Positions 6,856 to 15,380 of a stretch of 24,000 nucleotides of DNA are shown here, piece after piece. How positions within the stretch are numbered: position 1 is the stretch's first letter; every line of letters begins with the position of its first letter. Source of the DNA: Thermosyntropha sp. (GTDB lineage Bacteria > Bacillota > Syntrophomonadia > Syntrophomonadales > Syntrophomonadaceae); the NCBI RefSeq assembly GCF_017656155.1, contig NZ_JACDOH010000005.1, positions 98,678-122,677 on the forward strand, given 5' to 3'. Position numbers and translations under genes: made by a program. Under the pieces are notes generated by a model. The model worked only from the letters and a program-made list of their open reading frames with translations. It ran no database searches and was not told the origin of the DNA.

Positions 6856-8535
6856 CTAATTTTCCAATATTGCTTTATCCAGCATTTCTCCTGCATGTTT
6901 AAGGGTAATATCAGAATAATTTTCTCCTCCCAGCATACGGGCTAACTCTTTGATTCGGGCATCATAATCAAGTTTTCTTACTAGAGTATAAGTCCTTCCT
7001 TCTTTTACTTTTTTTTCAATGAGATAGTGGGTATTGGCATAGCTTGCTATCTGGGGCGAATGGGTCACCAGAATAACCTGGTGGCTCCGGGAAAGCTCTC
7101 CTAATTTCCGTGCCATAGCAGTCAAGGCAGTTCCTCCCACTCCTACATCAATTTCATCAAATATTAAAGTAGGCACCCTGTATACTTCCGCCAAAGCTTT
7201 CTTGAGTGCTAATATAAAACGCGATATTTCCCCTCCGGAAGCAATCTTTGATATAGGCCGCATTTCTTCGCCCGGATTAGGTGAAAAAAGAAAATCAGCC
7301 TCATCTATTCCAGCTTCAGAAGGAGCATTCTTTTTTTCTAAAGCCACCATGAACTTTATATAAGGCATATTTAACTGCATAAGTTCATGATGTACCTTTT
7401 CCTCCAGACGCAGAGCCCCTTTCGTTCTGAATTCTGTAAGCTCCTCAGCTAAATGGTAATATTCCTCTTCAACCAGTGCAAACCGATGTTTTAAATCTTC
7501 CTGTCTTTCCTCTACTGTGCTGAGCCTTTCAAACTCCTCCTCGGCCTTAGCTAGAAAATCAAGAATTTCTTCTATACTCTGGCCATATTTCTTTTTTAAT
7601 TTTCCTATCTCATAAAGCCGGGATTCTACTTGATCTAAAAGCCCGGGTTCAAAATCAAGCGAATCACGGTAGCGGGTAAGCCTGTTTGCTATTTCTTGCA
7701 GATTATAGTAGATATCCTCCAGCTCGCCGCGCAAGGATTCAAAAAATGCATCAGGTTTCCCTGCACTTATAGCCTCAATAGCCGAAGATATCTGATCATA
7801 AGCACTGAATCCTTCTTCACCGGTATATAAAAGCTTCAAAACTTTATCTGCTGTCTTCCCTAAAATATGAGCATTACGCATACGTTCAGCTAATATGCCT
7901 AACTCTTCTTCTTCATCCTTTTTCAAATCAGCTTTTTTAATCTCATTTATTTGAAAAGCTAAAAAATCAAGTTTTTGGGCTCTATCCTTTTCTTCTGTTT
8001 TTATAATTTCAAGTTCCTTTGCCAGCTTTTTATATTCTGCATATGTCCTAGAAAGCTTTTCTTTTACTTCCCTGGCTTCTGGAACAAAACTGTCAATATA
8101 GCTTAAATACATTTCAGGACGCAGCATAGTCAAGTGGTCATGCTGCAGATGCATATCCACCAAAAAGGGTGCCAAGTTCTTTAAAAAAGTTATATTAACA
8201 GTTTTGCCATTAATCCTCGCAGTGCTTCTGCCCTGCGGATATATTTCGCGGCAGATTATCACATCTTCATCTTCTTCTTCAATGAATCCGCCTTCTTCAA
8301 GAGTTTGTCTGACCTCTTCACTTTCTAAACTGAAAACACCCTCGATAATTGCCTTATATTTATCATCTTTTATAAGGTCATTTTTACCCCTTTCACCCAT
8401 AATCAGGCTTAAAGCATCTATTATAATAGATTTGCCTGCACCTGTTTCCCCAGTTAAAACATTAAGCCCCTTATTAAACTCCAAACGAAGTTCGTCAATC
8501 AGGATAAAATTCTTTATATAAATTTCCCGTAACAT
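6856..8535 (-). CDS. recN: DNA repair protein RecN (SMC-like ATPase)
   Basis: The N-terminal 'MLREIYIKNFILIDEL...LTGETGAGKSII' carries the Walker A motif, followed by long coiled coils. The C-terminus has 'SGGEISRFILALK' and 'LIFDEIDVGVGG'. I prefer ATG 8535 (GAGGGGA SD 5 nt upstream) over the ORF-track start at 8550. Confidence 0.95.
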   Translation of the reverse strand: MLREIYIKNFILIDELRLEFNKGLNVLTGETGAGKSIIIDALSLIMGERGKNDLIKDDKYKAIIEGVFSLESEEVRQTLEEGGFIEEEDEDVIICREIYPQGRSTARINGKTVNITFLKNLAPFLVDMHLQHDHLTMLRPEMYLSYIDSFVPEAREVKEKLSRTYAEYKKLAKELEIIKTEEKDRAQKLDFLAFQINEIKKADLKKDEEEELGILAERMRNAHILGKTADKVLKLLYTGEEGFSAYDQISSAIEAISAGKPDAFFESLRGELEDIYYNLQEIANRLTRYRDSLDFEPGLLDQVESRLYEIGKLKKKYGQSIEEILDFLAKAEEEFERLSTVEERQEDLKHRFALVEEEYYHLAEELTEFRTKGALRLEEKVHHELMQLNMPYIKFMVALEKKNAPSEAGIDEADFLFSPNPGEEMRPISKIASGGEISRFILALKKALAEVYRVPTLIFDEIDVGVGGTALTAMARKLGELSRSHQVILVTHSPQIASYANTHYLIEKKVKEGRTYTLVRKLDYDARIKELARMLGGENYSDITLKHAGEMLDKAILEN

Positions 8536-8546
8536 ACCATCCCCTC

Positions 8547-9008
8547 TCATTCTTGAACCGGCATAATAAAGCTCTTAAATTCCTCAGCAATCTTTGCTGC
8601 TGCCTTTTCCGGCTTTACCGCTACAAATATTGTATCATCCCCACCTACTGTTCCCAAAATCAAAGGATTATCATAAGTATCTATTAAGGAAGCTATAGAC
8701 TGAGCCGCCCCAGGCAGTGTTTTTATTACCACTATATTCCCGCTGTAATCAATTGCTATTACCGAATCAGCAAAGGCCCTTTTCATCCGTTCCTGTGAAC
8801 TTCGCACTGGCGTAGAAGCAGGCATAGCATATCTATAACCATGTTCGTCAGGGATTTTAATAAGTTGAAGTTCCTTTATATCCCGGGAAACAGTGGCCTG
8901 GGTAACATCAAAACCATTTCTTTTCAAAGCTTCGCACAGCTCTTCCTGAGTAGCTATACGCTGATTAGATATTATGTCTATAATAGCAAAATGTCTGCGT
9001 GATTTCAT
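8547..9008 (-). CDS. argR: Arginine repressor ArgR/AhrC
   Basis: 'MKSRRHFAIIDIISNQRIATQEELCEALKRNGFDVTQATVSRDIKELQLIKIP' aligns with the B. subtilis AhrC N-terminus. The C-terminal 'GTVGGDDTIFV' is the oligomerisation/arginine-binding motif. ATG 9008 is preferred; the ORF-track GTG 9026 remains possible. Confidence 0.9.
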   Translation of the reverse strand: MKSRRHFAIIDIISNQRIATQEELCEALKRNGFDVTQATVSRDIKELQLIKIPDEHGYRYAMPASTPVRSSQERMKRAFADSVIAIDYSGNIVVIKTLPGAAQSIASLIDTYDNPLILGTVGGDDTIFVAVKPEKAAAKIAEEFKSFIMPVQE

Positions 9009-9026
9009 TACTTTTAAAATCACCAC

Positions 9027-9596
9027 CTATAGTTTATGTACTGCCATCATCTGAGGAGGATTATTAATCTGATTAATAAATCTTGTTTCTAAAACTTCAA
9101 ATTTTTGTTGAGGCAAAGAAATCAAATAATCCCTTATTATGCCTACTTCCTCTGTTCCTCCTTCATGTCCAGTATACCCTACTATAACAATTAATCCTCC
9201 TGGAGCTAAAAGTTCAATAGCAGCTTTAACCGCTGCCAAACTAGTTTTTCCTTCTGTTTTTATTTCATGATTTCCTCCCGGAAGATAGCCTAAATTAAAA
9301 ATACATGCATTAATAAATCCATCTATGTACTTTGCCATATCTTTATGGTCAGCTTTTATAAGCTTAACCCTCTTCTCCAGGCTATTCTCTCTCAACAGAT
9401 TATAAGTGCTTTTAATAGCCTCATCCTGTATGTCAAAAGCATATACCAGGCCATTATCCCCTACCAAATTGGCTAAAAAAAGGGTATCTTTCCCCCTTCC
9501 ACAGGTTGCATCAACTACCACATCCCCGAACGTTATCCACTGGCTAATTATGAAATGAGAAAAATCTACCGCACTTTTAAACCTGCCTCTTTTCAT
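9027..9596 (-). CDS. Class I SAM-dependent methyltransferase, YtqB/MnmM-like (189 aa)
   Basis: 'VVDATCGRGKDTLFLANLVGDNGLVYAFDIQDEAI' closely resembles B. subtilis YtqB ('[31 protein letters not shown]'). Confidence 0.7.
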   Translation of the reverse strand: MKRGRFKSAVDFSHFIISQWITFGDVVVDATCGRGKDTLFLANLVGDNGLVYAFDIQDEAIKSTYNLLRENSLEKRVKLIKADHKDMAKYIDGFINACIFNLGYLPGGNHEIKTEGKTSLAAVKAAIELLAPGGLIVIVGYTGHEGGTEEVGIIRDYLISLPQQKFEVLETRFINQINNPPQMMAVHKL

Positions 9597-9608
9597 AAGT
9601 CCTCTCCT

Positions 9609-10442
9609 TCAGTTTCTGGAAAGTCGGCTATCAATATTACTGAAAAAAGGTCTTCCTTTTACATCCACCATTTTCAGTTTATAATCCGCTTTTTTTATAA
9701 AAAGCTCATCTCCCGGCATAAAATCAAGCTTGGTCTGCCCATCTGCATATACAATTATTTCTTCGCTGTGCAAATCTGTTAAATGCAAAATATTTTCTCC
9801 GCTCACTACTACTGGCCTGCGGCCTAAAACATAAGAAGCCAGAGGAGTTATAACCATCACTTCTAAATCAGGCTCTAGAAGTGGCCCCCCCGCAGAAAGT
9901 GAATAAGCAGTAGTTCCGGTAGGAGTCGCAATTATAACTCCATCCCCTTTATAATCGGCTATCTTATTTTTGTTTAAATAAAGGGAAAAGGATATTAAAC
10001 GCGGATTTTTAGACCTTACAACCAGCTCATTGAGGGCGTGTACTTTTTGTACGGGGACATTGTTTCTCAACACATTAATTTCCAGCATCATTCGCTCATC
10101 TAAAACATAATCCCCTCTTATAAACTTATCAATACAGGCTTCAATCTCAGCAACTTCAATATGGCTTAAAAAACCTACTGTGCCCATATTCACCCCTAAA
10201 ACGGGAACATTATAAATCGCATAATGGCGTGCTGCCCTTAGAATCGTCCCATCTCCCCCCAGCACCATTATCAGATCAATGTCATCAACAGCTTCAGGGC
10301 GGGTGTAGCCATTATCGAAAGCCACTTCTATTCCTTTAAGCTTCAAATCCTCAGCTATATTAAAAGCCATAAGCTCAGTATTTTCTTTTAATCGGTTATT
10401 TACTAAAAGAATTTTCACCTTTTTGCCCTCCAAGCTTTTCAT
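9609..10442 (-). CDS. nadK: NAD kinase
   Basis: The 'GGDGTILRAA' and 'ATPTGTTAYSLSAGGP' motifs are present. An alternative GTG start at 10418 has a GGAGGG SD 7 nt upstream. Either start overlaps the tlyA 3' end. Confidence 0.9.
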   Translation of the reverse strand: MKSLEGKKVKILLVNNRLKENTELMAFNIAEDLKLKGIEVAFDNGYTRPEAVDDIDLIMVLGGDGTILRAARHYAIYNVPVLGVNMGTVGFLSHIEVAEIEACIDKFIRGDYVLDERMMLEINVLRNNVPVQKVHALNELVVRSKNPRLISFSLYLNKNKIADYKGDGVIIATPTGTTAYSLSAGGPLLEPDLEVMVITPLASYVLGRRPVVVSGENILHLTDLHSEEIIVYADGQTKLDFMPGDELFIKKADYKLKMVDVKGRPFFSNIDSRLSRN

Positions 10443-11229
10443 GCGCTTCTTTCACTACCGCTTTCAGCTTTTTTTCTATATCATTTAAAACCTCTCCATC
10501 TGGACACAGCTTTAAAAAATACTCAATATTACCCTTTGGCCCTGTTATTGGGGAAAAAGTTACATTCTGGCAAATCAGATTTTCTTCTGCAGCGCTTTTT
10601 ATACATTTAAGCAAAACTTCCTTATGCACCAGGGGATCCCGAACCACGCCTTTTTTGCCTACCTTTTCCCTTCCCGCCTCAAATTGAGGCTTTATCAAAG
10701 AAATAACTATTCCTTCAGGCTTTATAAGCTGGCTTACCACTGGAAAAACCAAAGAGGTAGATATAAAAGAAACATCTATGGTTACAATATCCACCAGTTC
10801 TCCCAATTGTTCAAAAGTAAGATAACGAACATTGGTCTTTTCCATATTAACTACCCGCGGATCATTGCGAAGTGACCAGTCCAGCTGGCCATATCCCACA
10901 TCAACCGCATATACCTTAGAGGCACCATGTTTTAAGGCACAATCTGTATATCCGCCGGTAGATGCTCCTACATCTAAAACAACCTTGTCCTCAAAATCAA
11001 CCTCAAATTCCTTTATCGCCTTTTCAAGCTTTAATCCTCCACGGCTAACATATCTAATGCCCGACTTTTTAAGGACAATTTCAGCTTCTTCATCAATACC
11101 AACCCCGGGCTTATCCGCTCTTGCGCCATTAACCATAACTTCTCCTGCTAATATCATGGCTTTAGCTTTTTCTCGGCTCTTTGCCAGACCTTTCTTAACC
11201 ATCAACAAATCAAGTCTGATTTTGGTCAA
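10396..11229 (-). CDS. tlyA: TlyA-family rRNA 2'-O-methyltransferase (S4 plus FtsJ domains)
   Basis: The N-terminal S4-like 'RLDLLMVKKGLAKSREKAKAMILAGEVMVNG' is followed by 'VLDVGASTGGYTDCALKHGASKVYAVDVG'. The TTG start overlaps the dxs 3' end by 20 nt. Confidence 0.85.
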   Translation of the reverse strand: MTKIRLDLLMVKKGLAKSREKAKAMILAGEVMVNGARADKPGVGIDEEAEIVLKKSGIRYVSRGGLKLEKAIKEFEVDFEDKVVLDVGASTGGYTDCALKHGASKVYAVDVGYGQLDWSLRNDPRVVNMEKTNVRYLTFEQLGELVDIVTIDVSFISTSLVFPVVSQLIKPEGIVISLIKPQFEAGREKVGKKGVVRDPLVHKEVLLKCIKSAAEENLICQNVTFSPITGPKGNIEYFLKLCPDGEVLNDIEKKLKAVVKEAHEKLGGQKGENSFSK

Positions 11230-13129
11230 ATTTCAGCAACTCCCATGTATTATTATTTAATAGTTCAGGCCAGCGGTTTATTATCTTCTCAGCTATTGAC
11301 TCAGGATCCATATTAAGATATTCCCACAAAACCTCAACTTTACCATGTTCTACAAACTCATCAGGAATCCCTATACGCATAATGTCAGTCTGTTTATTAT
11401 AATCCGCTAAGGCTTCGACTACTGCACTGCCAAATCCGCCTGCCAGGCAGTTGTCTTCGATAGTTACCAGCCTCTTTACACTATCTGCCATATCTATAAA
11501 AAGCTCTACATCAAGCGGTTTAATAAAGCGAGCATCGGTCAAATAAACTGAAATTCCCTTTTCCTTCATAAGCTCTGCTACATCTCTGGCCAGGCTCATT
11601 CCCCGGCCTATACCAATTATACCCAGGTCTTTTCCTTTTTTTATCACCAGACCCCTGCCTATTTCAAGCAGGTTTCTCTTGTCAGCCACAGGAACTCCTT
11701 CTCCTGCCCCACGCGGATATCTTATGGCAACAGGCCCATTAACAGCAAAAGCAGTATGGAGCATATCCGCAAATTCATTTTCGTCAGAAGGTGCCATCAG
11801 AACAAGATTTGGAATACTGCGTAAATATGAAATATCAAAAATTCCATGATGGGTTGGTCCATCTTCTCCTACCAGGCCTGCACGGTCGATAGCAAAAATA
11901 ACCGGCAGGTTTTGCAGTGCCACATCATGAATAATCTGATCATACGCCCTTTGAAGAAAAGTTGAATATATAGCCACAACTGGTTTAAGACCATTCCTCG
12001 CCATACCTGCCGCCATAGTTACCGCATGTTGTTCACATATACCCACATCAAAAAATCTATCTGGAAACTTTTTAGCAAAATCAGTAAGACCAGTTCCGCT
12101 CGTCATGGCCGCAGTAATAGCCACTATTTTATCATCTTCTTTAGCTTTAGCTGTAATAAATTCTCCAAATATTTCAGTATATGTTTTTACTTTCTTCTTT
12201 AAAGGACTGCCCGTATCTATATTAAAAGGGCCAACTCCATGAAACACATCCGGATTACGGCGGGCTGGTTCATAGCCACATCCTTTTTCCGTTATGGCAT
12301 GAATAAGCACCGGCCCTTTCATCTTCCTGGCATTAGAAAAAACTAAAGTCAGTTCATTTAAATCATGTCCATTAATAGGACCTATATAGGTAAACCCCAG
12401 CTCTTCAAAAAATACGCCAGGAACCATTATATATTTTACCATATCCTTAAATCTGCCTGCAGCCCTGGCAATATTAGGTCCTATACCTGGAATTTTGTTC
12501 AATACCATCTCTATTTCTTCTTTAGTGCGGGTATAAGAAGGTTCGCTGCGAAGACGATTTAAATAACCTGAAAGTGCACCCACATTTTTAGATATAGACA
12601 TTTCGTTATCATTAAGCACAACAATAAGGTCAGTACCTTTATGTCCAGCATGATTTAAAGCCTCAAAAGCCATACCGCCTGTAAGTGCACCATCGCCTAT
12701 CACGGCGATTACCGAATATTTTTCCCTTTTTAGATCGCGGGCTAAAGCTATACCTAAAGCGGCAGAAATAGAAGTGCTACTGTGGCCGGTATTAAAAACA
12801 TCATGTTCAGACTCTTCATATTTGGGGAAACCGCTTAAGCCACCGTACTGGCGTAAAGTGGGCATCTTATCCTTGCGACCGGTAAGTATTTTGTGGACAT
12901 AGCTCTGATGTCCTACATCCCAGATAATCTTATCGTGAGGAGAGTCAAAGACATAATGCAGAGCAAGGGTCAACTCTACTACCCCCAAATTTGGAGCTAG
13001 ATGTCCCCCGCACTGCGAAACTGTATTTACTAACAATTCTCTTATTTCTGAAGCCAGCTGGTTCATCATAGAAAGGTTTAAAGCTTTCAAATCACGGGGC
13101 GAATTTATTCTATCTATTATTTTAGGCAT
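11210..13129 (-). CDS. dxs: 1-deoxy-D-xylulose-5-phosphate synthase
   Basis: The protein is 639 aa and carries 'GGHLAPNLGVVELT', 'DVGHQSY' and the ThDP motif 'GDGALTGGMAFEALN'. Its AGGTGA SD overlaps the stop codon of the upstream membrane-protein gene. Confidence 0.95.
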   Translation of the reverse strand: MPKIIDRINSPRDLKALNLSMMNQLASEIRELLVNTVSQCGGHLAPNLGVVELTLALHYVFDSPHDKIIWDVGHQSYVHKILTGRKDKMPTLRQYGGLSGFPKYEESEHDVFNTGHSSTSISAALGIALARDLKREKYSVIAVIGDGALTGGMAFEALNHAGHKGTDLIVVLNDNEMSISKNVGALSGYLNRLRSEPSYTRTKEEIEMVLNKIPGIGPNIARAAGRFKDMVKYIMVPGVFFEELGFTYIGPINGHDLNELTLVFSNARKMKGPVLIHAITEKGCGYEPARRNPDVFHGVGPFNIDTGSPLKKKVKTYTEIFGEFITAKAKEDDKIVAITAAMTSGTGLTDFAKKFPDRFFDVGICEQHAVTMAAGMARNGLKPVVAIYSTFLQRAYDQIIHDVALQNLPVIFAIDRAGLVGEDGPTHHGIFDISYLRSIPNLVLMAPSDENEFADMLHTAFAVNGPVAIRYPRGAGEGVPVADKRNLLEIGRGLVIKKGKDLGIIGIGRGMSLARDVAELMKEKGISVYLTDARFIKPLDVELFIDMADSVKRLVTIEDNCLAGGFGSAVVEALADYNKQTDIMRIGIPDEFVEHGKVEVLWEYLNMDPESIAEKIINRWPELLNNNTWELLKFDQNQT

Positions 13130-13138
13130 AAAAATCTA

Positions 13139-13711
13139 TCACCTTCTGTCCTTAAACAACTCTACACCTGTAACCCTTTCCCACCAGCTCATGATAAGGG
13201 CAACTCTATAAATAATATCATTCGCTTTATTTACAGCTATACTCTTGCCTATTGCTTTTCCTCCAACCGTTAAAGCTGCGATAAAACTGGTCACCAACGC
13301 CCCCAAAAGTACAATATCGATAAAATTAAGCATTTCAGCTATACTTACCACTATGCCTGCTCCTATAGCTCCACTTAAAGTACCTGCTATATCGCCGATC
13401 ACATCATTGCAAAAATTAGCTACAACATTGGCATTTTTTATGATTTTTACCGCCTGTTTAGCTCCCTTTACCTTTTTGGCCGCTTTAGCATTAAAAGGAG
13501 GCAGATCGGCAGCTGTGGCAGCAGTCCCAATTACATCAAAAAATATGCCAGTTAAAATAACCAGCAATAACAAAACAACAGCCAGCAGAACATTATTAAC
13601 TGCCCTTACTAAAGTTTCGGAACCTAAACTTAAAATAAGGGCTATAAAAAATGTAAAAAAAGCTGCTATTAATCCTGATAATAAGTTTTCTCTTTGTATG
13701 TACCTCGTCAA
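13139..13711 (-). CDS. oapA: Small 4-TM membrane protein, interpreted as OLE-associated protein A (OapA)
   Basis: The protein is 190 aa with four hydrophobic helices (about residues 11-31, 42-65, 107-127 and 131-153) and a lysine-rich loop 'FNAKAAKKVKGAKQAVKIIK'. It starts at TTG 13711 with a GGAGGA SD 9 nt upstream. It lies immediately 3' of the structured RNA and 5' of dxs, the arrangement reported for ole-oapA. Confidence 0.7.
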   Translation of the reverse strand: MTRYIQRENLLSGLIAAFFTFFIALILSLGSETLVRAVNNVLLAVVLLLLVILTGIFFDVIGTAATAADLPPFNAKAAKKVKGAKQAVKIIKNANVVANFCNDVIGDIAGTLSGAIGAGIVVSIAEMLNFIDIVLLGALVTSFIAALTVGGKAIGKSIAVNKANDIIYRVALIMSWWERVTGVELFKDRR

Positions 13712-13743
13712 CTTTTTTTATCCTCCAGATAAAAAAAAACGGT

Positions 13744-14316
13744 TCTGGCAAAAGGTTGTTTATCGAGTAAACGCTGCGACATAGGTCCAGTAGGTTTTCC
13801 CAGCAGGTCTCCCATTTGTCGCCAAATGGGCGGTTTCCCTTTACGCCTGCTTCACCGCGTCGCCGCAGGTGAGACTGGATTACCACTAAGTACGCACTTT
13901 AATCCTCGATAAACCGCGCTAACACCGCGCACAGTCTAGGAGTTTTCCTCAACAGCCCTACTTGATGTCTAGCCTCTTTTGCAGCAGACGGTTTCAAAAC
14001 AGATAACAGCACCCTGGCCGAGGTACTGCTATCTACCAGGTTTATCCACCGCCACCACTCAAGGCAGGCTACACTGCACCCGGCTTAAACCGAATGCAGG
14101 TTTTCTCATTACCTCGCGGTAATGAGCCTCCACGAATACAGGGGTCATGCCCGCATGCCATTGCGGATTGCCCCTGTACTCTTACCTCCCAGCACTAACC
14201 CCTGACTGGGCGTCAAAAGCCAGTACCAGAAGCTTCATCGATGTGCCCTTAACGGATTTTTAGGCCCGTCTTCGACATCAAAAGGGCTGACTAGAATACT
14301 GCAACCTTTTGCCAGA
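13744..14316 (-). ncRNA. ole: OLE (ornate, large, extremophilic) RNA; boundaries approximate (about +/-30 nt)
   Basis: A 727-nt ORF-free gap lies between ispA and oapA. G+C is locally enriched. A perfect 15-bp closing helix (13744-13758/14302-14316) is joined by at least 7 further helices. The imperfect pairs are G.U only on the minus strand, and a GCGA tetraloop is read only on the minus strand. The ispA-RNA-oapA-dxs synteny is diagnostic. Confidence 0.8.
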
Positions 14317-14332
14317 TATTGTTCGGTTGTAT

Positions 14333-14341
14333 ATTATAACA
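14333..14341 (-). promoter_or_regulatory. Candidate extended -10 promoter (TGTTATAAT) just upstream of the OLE RNA
   Basis: On the minus strand, TATAAT = 14338..14333 and TG = 14341..14340. A possible -35 TTTAAA lies 16 nt upstream. The predicted start is about 10 nt before the closing helix at 14316. Confidence 0.35.
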
Positions 14342-14438
14342 TACCATAAGCAAGTTTAAAAGAAAAGTTCTCAAAAAGGGAAACCTTTCTTTTCGATAAC
14401 ATTATAAACTTTACTTTGTAATTTAAAATATGTAAAAA

Positions 14439-15380
14439 CTAATAATCACGACAAATAGTAAACAAAGCAAGCTTTCTCAAAAAATCAGCTTTCTTTCCAA
14501 AATTACCTAAATACATAAAACAGTTTTCTACCCTTTTTATTGCCAGCTTCTGTGCTTTTTCCACTCCAAAAATTGTTACATAGGTGGTTCTATTGTTTTT
14601 TTCATCACTTCCTATCGGCTTGCCAATAAGGTTCTGATCACCCTTAACATCTAAAATATCATCAGCTATCTGAAAAGCTAACCCGAACTCATATGAAAAT
14701 TTTTCCAACAAATCTAGTTCATCCTCAGGCATATCTTTAAGTATTGCCCCTGCTTTAAGAGAAGCCTTAAATAATTCTCCTGTTTTTAGCTGATGAAGCT
14801 TCTGCAAATTTTCATAGTCTATATCGATTCCTTCTGTGCCTAAATCAATTATCTGTCCACCAATCATGCCCCGGCTCCCTGCAGCTTTAGAAACTTCAGC
14901 AATAACTTTCACAACATTATCAGCTGAAATCCCGCTTAATTCAGCATTACTGGCTATAAGCTCAAAAGCAGCAGTAAGCAGAGCATCACCCACTAAAATA
15001 GCTACTGCATCGCCATAAACTTTGTGACAGGTAGGTTTGCCCCGCCTGAAGTCATCATTATCCATAGCTGGAAGATCATCATGCACCAGAGAATAACAAT
15101 GAATCATCTCCAAAGCGCAGGCAGTCCGAACTACATCCTCCGGATTTCCTCCAGCCAGCCTTGCTCCTTCCAAAACTAAAATCGGCCGCAGCCTTTTCCC
15201 CCCATTAAACAAAGCATAATGCATAGCTTCATGAATTAGGGGAGGATAACCCTTAATCTTTTCAAAACATTCATTTAATGACTTTTCAATATACTCCTGC
15301 CTTGTTTTAAGTTCCTGCAAAAAATCATCCCGATTAAACTTTAAATCATACTTATTAAACATTTCTTCTATCTTCATCAT
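14439..15380 (-). CDS. ispA: Farnesyl/geranyl diphosphate synthase (polyprenyl synthetase)
   Basis: The first aspartate-rich motif is 'LVHDDLPAMDNDDFRRGKPTCH' and the second is 'FQIADDILD'. The start overlaps the xseB stop (TAATG). Confidence 0.9.
   Translation of the reverse strand: MMKIEEMFNKYDLKFNRDDFLQELKTRQEYIEKSLNECFEKIKGYPPLIHEAMHYALFNGGKRLRPILVLEGARLAGGNPEDVVRTACALEMIHCYSLVHDDLPAMDNDDFRRGKPTCHKVYGDAVAILVGDALLTAAFELIASNAELSGISADNVVKVIAEVSKAAGSRGMIGGQIIDLGTEGIDIDYENLQKLHQLKTGELFKASLKAGAILKDMPEDELDLLEKFSYEFGLAFQIADDILDVKGDQNLIGKPIGSDEKNNRTTYVTIFGVEKAQKLAIKRVENCFMYLGNFGKKADFLRKLALFTICRDY

Noticed and set aside
13245-13886. ORF-track entries 13245..13784 (+, 179 aa) and 13596..13886 (-, 96 aa) overlap oapA and the 3' part of the structured RNA.
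   Set aside because: The plus-strand ORF is the antisense shadow of the membrane-protein gene (a low-complexity Ala/Thr/Lys product with no SD). The 96-aa minus ORF would start inside the base-paired RNA and run out of frame across the oapA SD and start, and it has no recognisable domain. Both are better explained by the ncRNA plus oapA.
13744-14316. Alternative identities for the GC-rich structured RNA: RNase P RNA, tmRNA, an rRNA fragment or a riboswitch leader.
   Set aside because: I see no RNase P P4 signatures (GAGGAAAGUCC..., ACAGAA...GGCUUA; only a loose GAGGAAAACUCC is present). There is no tRNA-like acceptor end or tag-peptide ORF as expected for tmRNA, and no similarity to 16S/23S segments I can recognise. 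At about 570 nt it is far larger than known riboswitches. The ispA/oapA/dxs context fits OLE specifically.
14375-14388. A small hairpin AAAGG-GAAA-CCTTT downstream of ispA, considered as an ispA terminator.
   Set aside because: The stem is only 5 bp and mostly A/U, which is too weak to call a terminator. I mention it only as permitting read-through.
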